Shown here: positions 40,138 to 49,518 of the stretch, in pieces
Numbering within the stretch: position 1 is the first letter of the stretch
How the letters are laid out: each line of letters begins with the position of its first letter
Assembly (NCBI GenBank): GCA_963696385.1
Contig: CAVOKF010000004.1
Coordinates: 128,001-192,000, forward strand
DNA from: an uncultured delta proteobacterium
GTDB taxonomy: Bacteria; Myxococcota_A; Polyangia; Polyangiales; Polyangiaceae
DNA length: 64,000 bases
Reading direction: 5' to 3'
Made by a program: the position numbers and the translations under genes
The notes under the pieces: model-generated
Told to the model about the DNA's origin: nothing
The model's input: only the letters and a program-made list of their open reading frames with translations
Database searches by the model: none

Positions 40138-42150
40138 TTGAGCACCCAAACGACGCCGTTGGAGCAGGAGATTCTTCGCCTGCAAGAACTTACGCGAACA
40201 CGTCATTACGTTGCGGCGCTGGCAGGGATCGACGCGCTGCTGGCTCAGCACCCCGAAGACCGTGACCTGTTGTGCCTGGCGGCGATGAACTTGCGCTACC
40301 TGAATCGGGTCCCGGACGCGCTCGAACTTCTTCGACGCCTGGAGCAGCATCACCCGCGATATAGCGGACTGTACCAGGAGCGCGGCCACTGCTACGTCGC
40401 ACTGAGGGATGCCCCCAGGGCCATCGAAGCATTCCGGCGCGGCGTTGACATGAACCAGGCGCTGCCCGACAGCTGGCAAATGCTGCACGGGCTCTACCAT
40501 GTGACGGGAGACCCGCAGAACGCTGCGATCGCAGCCCAGCACATCGCGGTTCTAAAGAAGCTGCCACGGCCCATCATCCGGGCAGGCAGCATGTTCTCTG
40601 ATGGCGAGTGGACCGCAGCGGAAAGCATCGTTCGCGCCTATTTGGCTCAGCACGGTCATCATGTCGAAGCCCTACGTCTGCTGGCCCGCATAGGCATCCA
40701 GCGCGACGCGCTGGATGACGCCGAGCGGTTGCTGGAATCTGTCCTGCAGCTGGCACCGGACTACGCGGCAGCGCGAGCCGACTACGCCGGTGTGCTGAAC
40801 AGGCGGCAGAAGTATCTGCAGGCGCGGCGGGAAATGGACACGCTACTGCAGTTGGAGCCCGGTAACCGGGACTATTTGAAGCTGTACGCGGCGGCCTGCG
40901 TGGGACTCGGCGATTACGCACCTATCATTCGCCTGTACCGCCAGATGCTGGCGGAAGGCGCTTCTACCGGAACCGAGACCGCGGACTTGCACCTGTGGCT
41001 GGCAGACGTGCTGAAAACCGTCGGTCGCCAGCCGGAAGCCATTCAGGAGTATCACGCAGCCATCGCCGCCTTGCCGGACTCGGGCGAGGCCTGGTGGAGC
41101 CTGGCTAACCTCAAGACCTACCGCTTTGCCGACAGTGAGATCGCGCGCATGCGCACAGTGGAAGCTGGGCCGACCACCTCCCTGGTAGCCCGATACCACC
41201 TGTGCTTCGCGCTGGGCAAGGCGCTGGAGGACCAGGGGCGATATGAAGAGTCCTGGCAATTCTATGAGCGTGGCAATGCTTTGAAGCACGCCGAGATTCG
41301 CCACCTGCCCAGGCTCGCCGAGGCCCACACCCGGCTGTCGAAGCAGGTCTGCACGAAGGAATTTTTCGCAGCACGGCAAGAGTGGGGCGTGGCGGATCCG
41401 GATCCCATTTTCCTCCTCGGCCTGCCTCGCTCCGGCTCCACGCTCATCGAGCAAATCCTGGCTTCGCACCCCCAAGTGGAGGGCACCCAGGAACTCGCTG
41501 ATGTCCAACGCATTGTCACGGAGCTGCGGGGTCGCTGCGCCGACCTGGATAACCCCCGTTATCCAGGTGTGCTGACGGAGCTAACCGCGGAGGAGTTCAT
41601 GCGCCTCGGCGAACGCTTCATAACTGAAACGCGGGCTTACCGTCAGACGGAGCGCCCGTTTTTCATCGACAAAATGCCGAACAACTTCCGCGACATCGGC
41701 CTCATCCATCTGATGCTGCCGAACGCGAAGATCATCGACGTCCGGCGCGAGCCCATGGCGTGTTGTTTCGGCAATCTCAAGCAGCTGTTCTCCAGCGGGC
41801 AGGAGTTCAGCTACAACATCAATGATATCGCGCGGTATTATCGCACCTACCTTGAAATCATGCGGCACTGGAACGTGGCGCTGCCCGGGCGGGTCCTGAC
41901 CATGCATCATGAAGACGTGGTAGATGACCTTGAGGGCAGCGTGCGCCGGGTCCTGGACTTCTGCGGTCTGCCCTTCGAGCCGGCCTGTCTGGAGTTCCAC
42001 AAAACCCCTCGCAACGTGCGCACGGCGAGTTCCGAGCAGGTGCGGCAGCGCATCAGCCGCGAAGGCGTTGACCGATGGCGAAGCTACGAGCCCTGGCTTG
42101 CTTCTTTGCGGACCGCTCTGGGCGATGCGGTGACGTCCTACCGAGACTAA
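40138..42150 (+). CDS. TPR-repeat sulfotransferase family protein (copy 2)
   Basis: TPRs; IFLLGLPRSGSTLIEQIL, FIDKMPNNF, VRTASSEQVRQ; start estimated at TTG 40138. Confidence 0.93.
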   Translation: MSTQTTPLEQEILRLQELTRTRHYVAALAGIDALLAQHPEDRDLLCLAAMNLRYLNRVPDALELLRRLEQHHPRYSGLYQERGHCYVALRDAPRAIEAFRRGVDMNQALPDSWQMLHGLYHVTGDPQNAAIAAQHIAVLKKLPRPIIRAGSMFSDGEWTAAESIVRAYLAQHGHHVEALRLLARIGIQRDALDDAERLLESVLQLAPDYAAARADYAGVLNRRQKYLQARREMDTLLQLEPGNRDYLKLYAAACVGLGDYAPIIRLYRQMLAEGASTGTETADLHLWLADVLKTVGRQPEAIQEYHAAIAALPDSGEAWWSLANLKTYRFADSEIARMRTVEAGPTTSLVARYHLCFALGKALEDQGRYEESWQFYERGNALKHAEIRHLPRLAEAHTRLSKQVCTKEFFAARQEWGVADPDPIFLLGLPRSGSTLIEQILASHPQVEGTQELADVQRIVTELRGRCADLDNPRYPGVLTELTAEEFMRLGERFITETRAYRQTERPFFIDKMPNNFRDIGLIHLMLPNAKIIDVRREPMACCFGNLKQLFSSGQEFSYNINDIARYYRTYLEIMRHWNVALPGRVLTMHHEDVVDDLEGSVRRVLDFCGLPFEPACLEFHKTPRNVRTASSEQVRQRISREGVDRWRSYEPWLASLRTALGDAVTSYRD

Positions 42151-42572
42151 GCGCGCAAAGCATTCCACGCGGCGAGCGAGTCCATGTAGTCCCGCCAGCG
42201 CGCGATCTTGCGCTTGTCGATGTGGATGACGGAGCAGAAGCGATTGTTGTAGGTGGCGCCATTTGCCAATATCGTGCCGTGGACCTCGTACTCGATGACG
42301 ACTACGCGGTCGCCGTCTGCCTTGTGGACGACGAGATGGTCGGCAGCGTGGAGCTTGATGGCCTCGACGTAACCGCGAAATTGGCCCATGAGCGCGGTGC
42401 GGCCGCGCACGATACGCGGCCATCCCCCAAGGTCGTAGAGGACCTCGTAGACGGTGTGCTCGTCGACGACGTCGAAGAAGTGCTCCCCGTCAACGAGGTC
42501 ACCGAGCGCGCGTCGGATGAGATCGAAGTAGGGCGCGGCCGGCTTGTACGCTGCGTAGGGATGGCTGGACAT
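42147..42572 (-). CDS. NTF2/SnoaL-like domain protein
   Basis: VVIEYEVHGT....YNNRFCSVI....KIARWRDYMD. Confidence 0.85.
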   Translation of the reverse strand: MSSHPYAAYKPAAPYFDLIRRALGDLVDGEHFFDVVDEHTVYEVLYDLGGWPRIVRGRTALMGQFRGYVEAIKLHAADHLVVHKADGDRVVVIEYEVHGTILANGATYNNRFCSVIHIDKRKIARWRDYMDSLAAWNALRA

Positions 42573-42763
42573 GGTGTTTTTTACCGTGATACGGCAGCCG
42601 GAAAATTTCGTCGAGCGAGGTGCTCGGCTTACCCCGACGAGGCGAACGCGCGGCGCGGTTGCCGGACCATAACGCAGAAGCCCGCCGTAGAGACTCTGAC
42701 CAAGGTTTTCCCGAGCGGAGGCCTTTCGCGGTCCTCACGGGCGTGCTCGCCGTGGGCATGATA

Positions 42764-42775
42764 ATGTGTACACAT
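42764..42775. promoter_or_regulatory. Palindromic Phd/YefM-type operator overlapping the -10 region and start codon
   Basis: Perfect palindrome ATGTGTACACAT overlapping the 3' end of GATAAT. Confidence 0.7.
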
Positions 42776-43010
42776 GTCGAAACGGACCATGACGGCCGCG
42801 AAATTCCGCGCGGAATGCCTTCAGGTGCTCGATACGGTCGCGTCAGCGCGAACGGAGGTCCTCGTCACCAAGCGCGGCAAACCCGTAGCCCGCATCGTAC
42901 CCGTCGGTGAGCCGCCGGCCGCCCGCTTCGGGGCGCTTCGGCGCGTAACAACAATCGTTGATGCGTCGGACGACCTTCTGTCGGCCGGCGACGGCTGGTC
43001 CGTTGAGTAG
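42774..43010 (+). CDS. Phd/YefM family antitoxin
   Basis: AAKFRAECLQVLDTV....EVLVTKRGKPVARIVP. Confidence 0.92.
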   Translation: MSKRTMTAAKFRAECLQVLDTVASARTEVLVTKRGKPVARIVPVGEPPAARFGALRRVTTIVDASDDLLSAGDGWSVE

Positions 43011-43416
43011 CGTGCTTGTCCTCGATTCGCACGTGTGGGTGAAGTTCGTGGCAGGTGCCTCGCTATCCAAACGTGCACGCAGGACGATCGAACGCGCTGT
43101 GGGGGCAGAGCGCGGCGTCCTCATTCCGGCGATCTCGCTCTGGGAGATCGCCCGCTTGGCTCAGGACGGGCGCCTGAAGCTTGGCGAACGCCTCGAACGC
43201 TGGTTCGACGCCGCGCTCGCGACGGTTTCGGGGGATCTCGCGGCGATCACCCCTGAAATCGCCATCATCGCAGCGGGACTCAGGTGCCACGGCGATCCGG
43301 CCGATCGCTTGATCATCGCCACGGCGCTCGCTAAGGACGCCGTTCTCGTGACGCGCGACGCAGCGATCCTCGAACTGGCTTCCTCGGGCAAGGAGCTTCG
43401 TGTCCTCGAAGCGTGA
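43003..43416 (+). CDS. PIN-domain VapC toxin
   Basis: VLDSHVWV, AISLWEIA, HGDPADRLIIATA, LVTRD; overlaps the antitoxin stop. Confidence 0.92.
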   Translation: MSSVLVLDSHVWVKFVAGASLSKRARRTIERAVGAERGVLIPAISLWEIARLAQDGRLKLGERLERWFDAALATVSGDLAAITPEIAIIAAGLRCHGDPADRLIIATALAKDAVLVTRDAAILELASSGKELRVLEA

Positions 43417-43645
43417 GGGACGACGGGGCCAGCCACCTGTCGACTCGCGCGGCGCTCGAGGTGCCCGTTGACGCCGCCGTACTCCCGGCTCTCCTCGCTC
43501 TCTCGAAGGAGCCACACGAACATGCCGAAGACCGCGACCACCAAGAAGAGCAAGCCCCGTCGAAGAGCGAGGGCCTGAAAGCAATCGTCGACGCCGACGG
43601 GGACGATGTCTCCGGGAAGCACGTGAAGGCGATCATCCAGCCAGC

Positions 43646-43996
43646 GTGGCCTGGGGCGGCGTCGGGGTGGGAGTTCTGGGCTTCGCCCTGCGCGTCTGGT
43701 CGATGCGTGTGCTGGGACGCTTCTACACGCACCCTCGTGACCACCGGGGACCAGTCGGTCGTCCGCAGCGGCCCCTACCGTCTCGTGCGCCACCCGGGCT
43801 ACCTCGGATCGATCCTCGTGTGTACCGGGGCCGCGACCTCGTCCGCAATTTCCTGTCGGTCGCCGTCGTCGTGCTGCTCGCGATCGCCTGCACGCCCCGC
43901 ATCCGCACGGAGGAACGCATGCTGCTGTCTGCGCTCGGCGAGCCGTACGCCGAGTACCGCCGGCGCTCGTGGCGCCTCTTGCCCTTCGTCTTCTGA
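43646..43996 (+). pseudogene. Isoprenylcysteine carboxyl methyltransferase family remnant
   Basis: LRVWSMRVLGRFYT / GPYRLVRHPGYLG / RIRTEERML..GEPY.EY split across frames; no 5' end. Confidence 0.8.
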
Positions 43997-44479
43997 CGGA
44001 CGCGGCGGGCGGTGAAGGCCGTGAAGGACGCGGTGGCGCGCTGCGGTGAACGCGATGAACGGCGCGGACGTTGTCTTCCGTGGTCCAATCGAGAATGGTT
44101 TCAACCACGTCGCGCACCCATCACGGGCCGGCCTCATCGCTGTATAGTGCCGCTCGCCGACGCTGCCGTTGCGGACGCGGTGGTTTGCAGCGTGGATCGT
44201 CGTGCGTGCGGCCGGGCAGGTCGCGAACGCTCTTTCGGGTTGCGCCGCGAAGCGCAGGGTCGTTTGGAGCCTCGCGGGCGGGGCCGCGGTTGCCGCAGGC
44301 GGGCGGCTGCGTCGCAACGGACTCGTGCCTGGACGAGGCCACATGCGCGGCAGCGGGGACTGGAATGGCGCGGCCGACGAGGGATGTCTCCGGTGACCCG
44401 GTGGTTGCCGCTCCGGTCCAGAATTGGCGTGCCCCGTCGCCCCGTCGCGCGGGCGGCTGCGCGGACATCTCCGAGTCGT

Positions 44480-44701
44480 CTAACGCGGTGGCGGTCGGGC
44501 GCTGCTTGACTTCGTCGGCTCGCGCTTCGACCGTTCGTCCGCCAAGTCGATCCCTGCGGTGGTCGGCGACGCCGCGTTGACGAGCGCGTTCAGGGCGTCG
44601 AGGGCGATGCGCGCGGACTTCGTGTCGCCGACGTCCAGGGAGCTGGCCACGCTGGCCGTTAGGGCGTGGACGAGCGTGGCGCGGGGGGACGTCGGGGACA
44701 T
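44480..44701 (-). other. Short ORF directly downstream of tRNA-Gln; possible detached integrase C-terminal tail
   Basis: RATLVHAL...GDTKSARIALDAL...IDLADERSKR; the frame stays open through the tRNA. Confidence 0.4.
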
Positions 44702-44740
44702 CGATGAAAACGATTGCCCGCCGATTGCCCGCTGGATGGG

Positions 44741-44811
44741 TTCCGGCGCAGGGATTCGAACCCCGATAAGCGGATCCAAAATCCGCTGTCCTGCCATTAG
44801 ACGACGCCGGA
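44741..44811 (-). tRNA. tRNA-Gln(TTG)
   Basis: TCCGGCG/CGCCGGA acceptor stem, GCGGA-TTTTGGA-TCCGC anticodon arm, GGTTCGAATCC. Confidence 0.96.
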
Positions 44812-45014
44812 ACAAGGCTAGCGCAGCGCGCTCGGCCTCTCTCGACGGGGCAGCCTACGTAAATGCGCCGCAAACGCAACCGGGCGTCTTGGGCAGGAAC
44901 TTTCGAGCGCAAGGGCGGTCCATCATGGCGATGGCCCGACGCTCGGTGGAGTCCGCCGATGCGCATGCGCGATGCATTGCCTGTGAAGGGCCCCATCGGG
45001 CAGGATGCGATCAC

Positions 45015-45623
45015 GTGCCGTTTGCCGACGATGCCGAGGCACGACTCGTGGAGCGACTCGTGCAGCGCGACGAGCGTGCGTTCAATACGCTGGTCAGGGC
45101 GCACGAAGCCCGCGTGTTCGGACTGCTGCTCCGAATGATCGGCAGCCGCGCTGAAGCGGAGGACCTAGCCCAAGAGGTATTCGTTCAGGTGTTCAAGGCC
45201 ATCGGTACGTTCCGAGGCGAGTCGAAGCTGTCGACATGGATCTATCGAATTGCCGTTAATCTAAGCAAGAATCGGGGAAAGTACTTGCGGGTGCGCCACG
45301 CGGGGCAGGAAGACGACTTCGCGGCGATGGACGAGCGCGTGAACCTCGGCCATGCCAAGCAGCAGGCTGCGGTTGGAAGCGTCGCGCGCCCCGACGACAT
45401 GGCGGCGGGAAAGCAACTCGAGCGAATCGTTCAGCACGCGATCCTGCAACTCGAACCCACATTTCGGGAATGCCTCGTGCTGCGCGACATCGAGGACCTG
45501 AGCTACGAGGAAATCGAAGCGATCACGGGCTTGCCGGAGGGCACCGTAAAGAGCCGTATTCACCGCGCGCGCGGCCAACTCAGAGAGCTTGTGGAACGAG
45601 AACTCGGCGAGAGGATTGCATGA
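45015..45623 (+). CDS. ECF RNA polymerase sigma-70 factor (RpoE-like)
   Basis: AEDLAQEVF, STWIYRIAVN, LRDIEDLSYEEI...GTVKSRIHRAR. Confidence 0.94.
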   Translation: MPFADDAEARLVERLVQRDERAFNTLVRAHEARVFGLLLRMIGSRAEAEDLAQEVFVQVFKAIGTFRGESKLSTWIYRIAVNLSKNRGKYLRVRHAGQEDDFAAMDERVNLGHAKQQAAVGSVARPDDMAAGKQLERIVQHAILQLEPTFRECLVLRDIEDLSYEEIEAITGLPEGTVKSRIHRARGQLRELVERELGERIA

Positions 45624-45886
45624 ACGACCCTGAAGGAGCCGATGGCGATGGCCAAGACGACGAGGCGGTGCGCGACCTTCTGCAACGCTCGCTCCGCAAG
45701 CGTCTCTATTCGCCGAACCTCCTCGCTGGAATTCAACACCGCATTCGGCAGCGTTCGCGCGGCAAGTTTTTCGCAAACGGTTGGAGCGTCAGGCAAGGGG
45801 GCATCGGCCACGTCTGGATCGGCTTGGCAACATTGCTGCTCGTAGCTATCGCGTATTGCGTGCTCGGCCCCATCGACCTGCGCTGA
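45620..45886 (+). CDS. Small membrane protein, probable anti-sigma factor
   Basis: ATGA overlap with the sigma gene; C-terminal TM helix. Confidence 0.72.
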   Translation: MNDPEGADGDGQDDEAVRDLLQRSLRKRLYSPNLLAGIQHRIRQRSRGKFFANGWSVRQGGIGHVWIGLATLLLVAIAYCVLGPIDLR

Positions 45887-46040
45887 ACGCTGCTCAACGC
45901 GGCTGACGGACTGAGCGTGATCGACTTCACCGCGGCCGCACTCGGCGATCCAGGCGGCAGAACAGCGCAAACCGCCGAGCGATGAGGGACGCCCCAGACA
46001 AGGCAAATTCGGCTCGCGGCCTAAAGCGGAGGTTTGGGAT

Positions 46041-46811
46041 CTAGACCCACCGCGCGAGGACGACGGTGATGTTGTCGGGGCCGCCATTTTCGTTGGCTCG
46101 CGCAATCAGCCTCGAGGCAGCGGTCTTGAGGTCGCTCGTGCCGCTCAGCGTGTCGAGCATTTCCGGATCGGCTACGGGCCCGGAGAGGCCGTCCGAGCAA
46201 AGCAAATAGACGTCGCCGGCGCGCGGCTGCTCCAGGCGCGTATCGACTTTGACGGTGTCCTTCATGCCGAGTGCACGAACGATCACGTTCTTGTGCGGGA
46301 AATTTGCGATCTCCTCGGCGGTCAGCCGCTTCATCTTGATGTAGTCGTTGAGGAGCGAATGATCCTCGGTAAGTTGCTCGAACTTGCCTTCTCGCATGCG
46401 GTAGACGCGCGAGTCGCCCACGTGCGCCAGATACACGCCGTTCTCGACGGCGAATAGCGCCACGATTGTCGTGCCCATCCCCCGTTGACGAGGATCGCGC
46501 TGGGCACTTTCGAAAATGCGCAGATTCGCGAGTTTAATCCCGGTGATCAGTCGGTTTTCTTCGTAGCCTTTGGAGCGGTCCATCTTGTAGGGCCAGGTGC
46601 GCTCCGGATCGTTGGCGGTCAACGCGAAGAATTCGCGCATCGCGTCTACTGCCATTTTGCTCGCGATCTCGCCGGACGCGTGTCCTCCCATTCCGTCGGC
46701 CACGATGTAAAGACCGCTCTCCTCGATGATTGAAAAGACGTCCTCGTTGTGAGTGCGTTTCATGCCGACGTTCGTTTCGCCGGCCACCTCAATGCGGAGC
46801 GATACAGCCAC
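46041..46811 (-). CDS. PP2C-type Ser/Thr protein phosphatase (Stp1/IreP family)
   Basis: R.HNED, VADGMGGH, GMGTT, HVGDSR, LTEDHS, LCSDGL, GGPDNIT. Confidence 0.96.
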   Translation of the reverse strand: MAVSLRIEVAGETNVGMKRTHNEDVFSIIEESGLYIVADGMGGHASGEIASKMAVDAMREFFALTANDPERTWPYKMDRSKGYEENRLITGIKLANLRIFESAQRDPRQRGMGTTIVALFAVENGVYLAHVGDSRVYRMREGKFEQLTEDHSLLNDYIKMKRLTAEEIANFPHKNVIVRALGMKDTVKVDTRLEQPRAGDVYLLCSDGLSGPVADPEMLDTLSGTSDLKTAASRLIARANENGGPDNITVVLARWV

Positions 46812-46902
46812 GGCAGACGATCGTCGCAAGGACGCGTATAGGGTGTCTAGTATTAGTTGCGGTCTCTTGACCCGTTCGGCCGTGCCAGAGCCGATTCGTT
46901 CG

Positions 46903-48000
46903 TCAAAGAGCGGCTCGCAGCACGACGGGAAGGTCGTGAAACTGGCCGGCGCTGAAGACGAGAAGCTTGACTGCGTCACCCGGCGCGTGTTGCGAGATGG
47001 CCTCGGCGAGCGCTTCGGGGGTTCCGATGGGACGTCCGTCGATGGCGACGATGACGTCCGACGAGGGCTTGAGGCCTGCTTGCTCCGCCGGTCCCGAAGG
47101 CGCAACGGCGATCACGCGGACCCCTCGCACCACGGTCGACGCTTCGCGCTCGACTCGAACACCGAGCCATGCCGCCGAGGAGGTGGAAGTCGCAGAGCTC
47201 GGCAAGCGTATGGCGTGGGTCAAAAATGAGCGAATTGTCGAGACCGGAGCGCCGACCACAATGGGCTGACAAGCTACGGCTGCCGCGTTGACGGCGGTGT
47301 TCCTCGTCGAAATCGCATCGCCCGACTCCGATTCGCCGCTTTTGCAGGCCCGAACGAGCACGGCAACGACGCCGCCCGAGGGGTCGAGCAGCGGCGCGCC
47401 CGCCAGAGGCGGCCCTTGGACGTTAACGGCAAGCATCTGGAGCAGCCTCTCGCTGCCCGGCGCATAGGCACTCGTCCATCCGCGCAACGCGGCTGCGGCC
47501 GGCCCGAGGTGGACTCCATGAGCGGGAAGCATCGCGCGAATGTCGAGCCCAGCCGGATCCGACTCGCTCGCGCCGAGGCCCTCGGTCCCATGATTGGGTT
47601 CGGGCACGAGAAGTGCCAAATCGAAAGCCTTGTCGCTTCGGCCGATCTTGGTGTGAACAACCGTTCCGTCGGCGTAGCGAACGTCCGCTCCCTCGAAGCC
47701 GCCCAGTCCTGAGAGGGCGGTCAGAATTCGGCCGTCGCCCGCCAAGACGGTGCCCACGGCGACCGGAACGCCACTGCGGACGATGGTGACCACGCTGCGC
47801 CGGACATGCTCGTAGAGTTGCTGGGGCGATTGCGCTTGCCCCGAAGCCGGGCTACCGCCTGAGTCGGCGCCAGTCGCCGCCGCCTCGTCCTGCGGCATGG
47901 CCGGCAGCGACGGCGGAGGCTGAGCCGCCGCGGGCGACGCGGTGCAGATCCAGGCGATGACGACCCCCGACGCAAGCAGCGATTGGTTCACGGCGCTCAT
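46903..48000 (-). CDS. HtrA/S1C-like protein with a PDZ domain and degenerate catalytic triad
   Basis: Signal peptide; DGRILTALSG, DLALL, LAGAPLLD; C-terminal WLGV...SGPAEQAGL...DVIVAIDG PDZ. Confidence 0.8.
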   Translation of the reverse strand: MSAVNQSLLASGVVIAWICTASPAAAQPPPSLPAMPQDEAAATGADSGGSPASGQAQSPQQLYEHVRRSVVTIVRSGVPVAVGTVLAGDGRILTALSGLGGFEGADVRYADGTVVHTKIGRSDKAFDLALLVPEPNHGTEGLGASESDPAGLDIRAMLPAHGVHLGPAAAALRGWTSAYAPGSERLLQMLAVNVQGPPLAGAPLLDPSGGVVAVLVRACKSGESESGDAISTRNTAVNAAAVACQPIVVGAPVSTIRSFLTHAIRLPSSATSTSSAAWLGVRVEREASTVVRGVRVIAVAPSGPAEQAGLKPSSDVIVAIDGRPIGTPEALAEAISQHAPGDAVKLLVFSAGQFHDLPVVLRAAL

Positions 48001-48136
48001 GATAGCGCGGCAGCCGTGCAAGTGCCGATCCGGCACCCGCCGGTGGGATGGCAGGGCCCACGGCAGCTCGCAGCCGAACACGCGGTCGCAACGAGCTTGA
48101 CAGAAATGCTGTTCCGAGGTCTCAAAGACCCCGCGC

Positions 48137-48430
48137 ATGAGTGAATCGGAGAAGACGGCGGCCGCGGCGATAGACGAGGAGCCCAGAACCCCCGCCTGGC
48201 TTCCGGCACTGGGCGCGGCGCTTTTCCTCGCCGTGGGCGTCGCGTGGGCAGTGTGGCATTCCTCGGCAAAGACCGCATCGGTCGAAGTGCCGCCCAATGC
48301 GCCCAAGGTCGTCGCCGTCACGGGCTCCGCGGGGCCCGGCCCATCGATCTCCGCACCGCTTCGGCCGAGCGGCCCCCCCGCCGGTGCGCCCGCAGGCCCG
48401 GCGCGGCCCGGACCGCCAAGCCGCCCTTAG
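48137..48430 (+). CDS. Small membrane-anchored Pro-rich hypothetical protein
   Basis: EPRTPAWLPALGAALFL TM segment. Confidence 0.65.
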   Translation: MSESEKTAAAAIDEEPRTPAWLPALGAALFLAVGVAWAVWHSSAKTASVEVPPNAPKVVAVTGSAGPGPSISAPLRPSGPPAGAPAGPARPGPPSRP

Positions 48431-48473
48431 CGGCTGCAGCAGCAGGCGAGCTAGGGTAGATCGGCAGGCGTTC

Positions 48474-49505
48474 ATGAAACATCTCCGAGTCGGCGTCGTC
48501 GGCGCGTCGGGCTATTCCGGCAGCGTTGCCACGCGGCTCGTGGCGACGCATCCCCGCATGAGCGTTGCATTCGCGACGAGCGACAAGTTGGCCGGCGAGA
48601 GCGTCGCGCTGCACCTCGGAGTCCGTGCCGACGACTCGCTCCACTTCGTCGCAAACGCCGCTGCAATCGAGCGCGCCAGCGAAAGCGATGCCGTGCTGCT
48701 CGCGACCGCGGCGGAGGTCTCGATGCAACTTCTGCCGGCTCTCGCGGCGCGCGGCCTCCAGGTCATCGACCTATCGGGTGCATTCCGCCTCGCCCAGGCT
48801 GACTATCCACGGTGGTACGGCTTCGAGCACACCGCGCCGGCGTGGCTCCCGCGGGCCCATTACGGCCTTCCGGAGCTCTTCGGTCCGCCGCCCGTCGGTG
48901 CCCCTGTGGCCAATCCGGGATGCTTTCCGACCGCGGCACTCCTGGCAATCGGACCCCTTGTGCGCTCGGGCCTCGTCGAGGCGGCTGGGATCGTGGTCGA
49001 CGCAAAGAGCGGCGTCACCGGGGCGGGGCGCCAGAGCGGCGACTCCTACTCGTTCGTCGAGGTCGACGAAGATCTGCGAGCCTACAAGGTGCTGTCGCAC
49101 CAGCACACCCCGGAAATCACACGGGGTCTGTCGCGGCTCGGCGACGGCGTGAACGTGACATTCACGCCACACCTGACAGCGGTCAAGCGCGGGCTGCTGG
49201 CCACTTGTTATGCGCGGCCACGCACCGGAGCCTCAGCCGGCCGAATCGTCGAGTGTTTGCGCGATACGTACGCTCGAAGCGCTTTCGTTCGCGCACTGGC
49301 TCCCGATCAAGTGATGCTCAAACGGGTGGTCGGTACCAACGCATGCCACGTGGGCGCGGCGTCCAACGACGATGTGGTCGTGGCCATCGGAGCGATCGAC
49401 AACCTCCTTAAGGGAGCCGCCGGCCAGGCGATCCAGAACCTCAACTTGATGAACGGATGGGACGAGGCGTCGGGCTTGGACGGCCTGCAGCGAGTCTCGC
49501 CGTGA
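48474..49505 (+). CDS. argC: N-acetyl-gamma-glutamyl-phosphate reductase
   Basis: GASGYSG, IDLSGAFRL, ANPGCFPT, HQHTPEI, IDNLLKGAAGQA. Confidence 0.97.
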   Translation: MKHLRVGVVGASGYSGSVATRLVATHPRMSVAFATSDKLAGESVALHLGVRADDSLHFVANAAAIERASESDAVLLATAAEVSMQLLPALAARGLQVIDLSGAFRLAQADYPRWYGFEHTAPAWLPRAHYGLPELFGPPPVGAPVANPGCFPTAALLAIGPLVRSGLVEAAGIVVDAKSGVTGAGRQSGDSYSFVEVDEDLRAYKVLSHQHTPEITRGLSRLGDGVNVTFTPHLTAVKRGLLATCYARPRTGASAGRIVECLRDTYARSAFVRALAPDQVMLKRVVGTNACHVGAASNDDVVVAIGAIDNLLKGAAGQAIQNLNLMNGWDEASGLDGLQRVSP

Positions 49506-49518
49506 GGGAGGGCGAACG

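Larger units (their letters stand above)
24694..44740. mobile_element. Accessory/genomic island between the 3' ends of two convergent tRNA genes
   Basis: Dense pseudogenes, IS elements and TA loci, against intact housekeeping genes outside; no intact integrase seen. Confidence 0.75.

Noticed and set aside
34037..42150. Sulfotransferase pair as an invertible segment or composite transposon arms
   Set aside because: The copies are visibly diverged at the nucleotide level, and no recombinase or terminal repeats are present
44010..44085. GTGAA-containing short repeats, possibly REP-like
   Set aside because: Too degenerate and short to call without genome-wide counts
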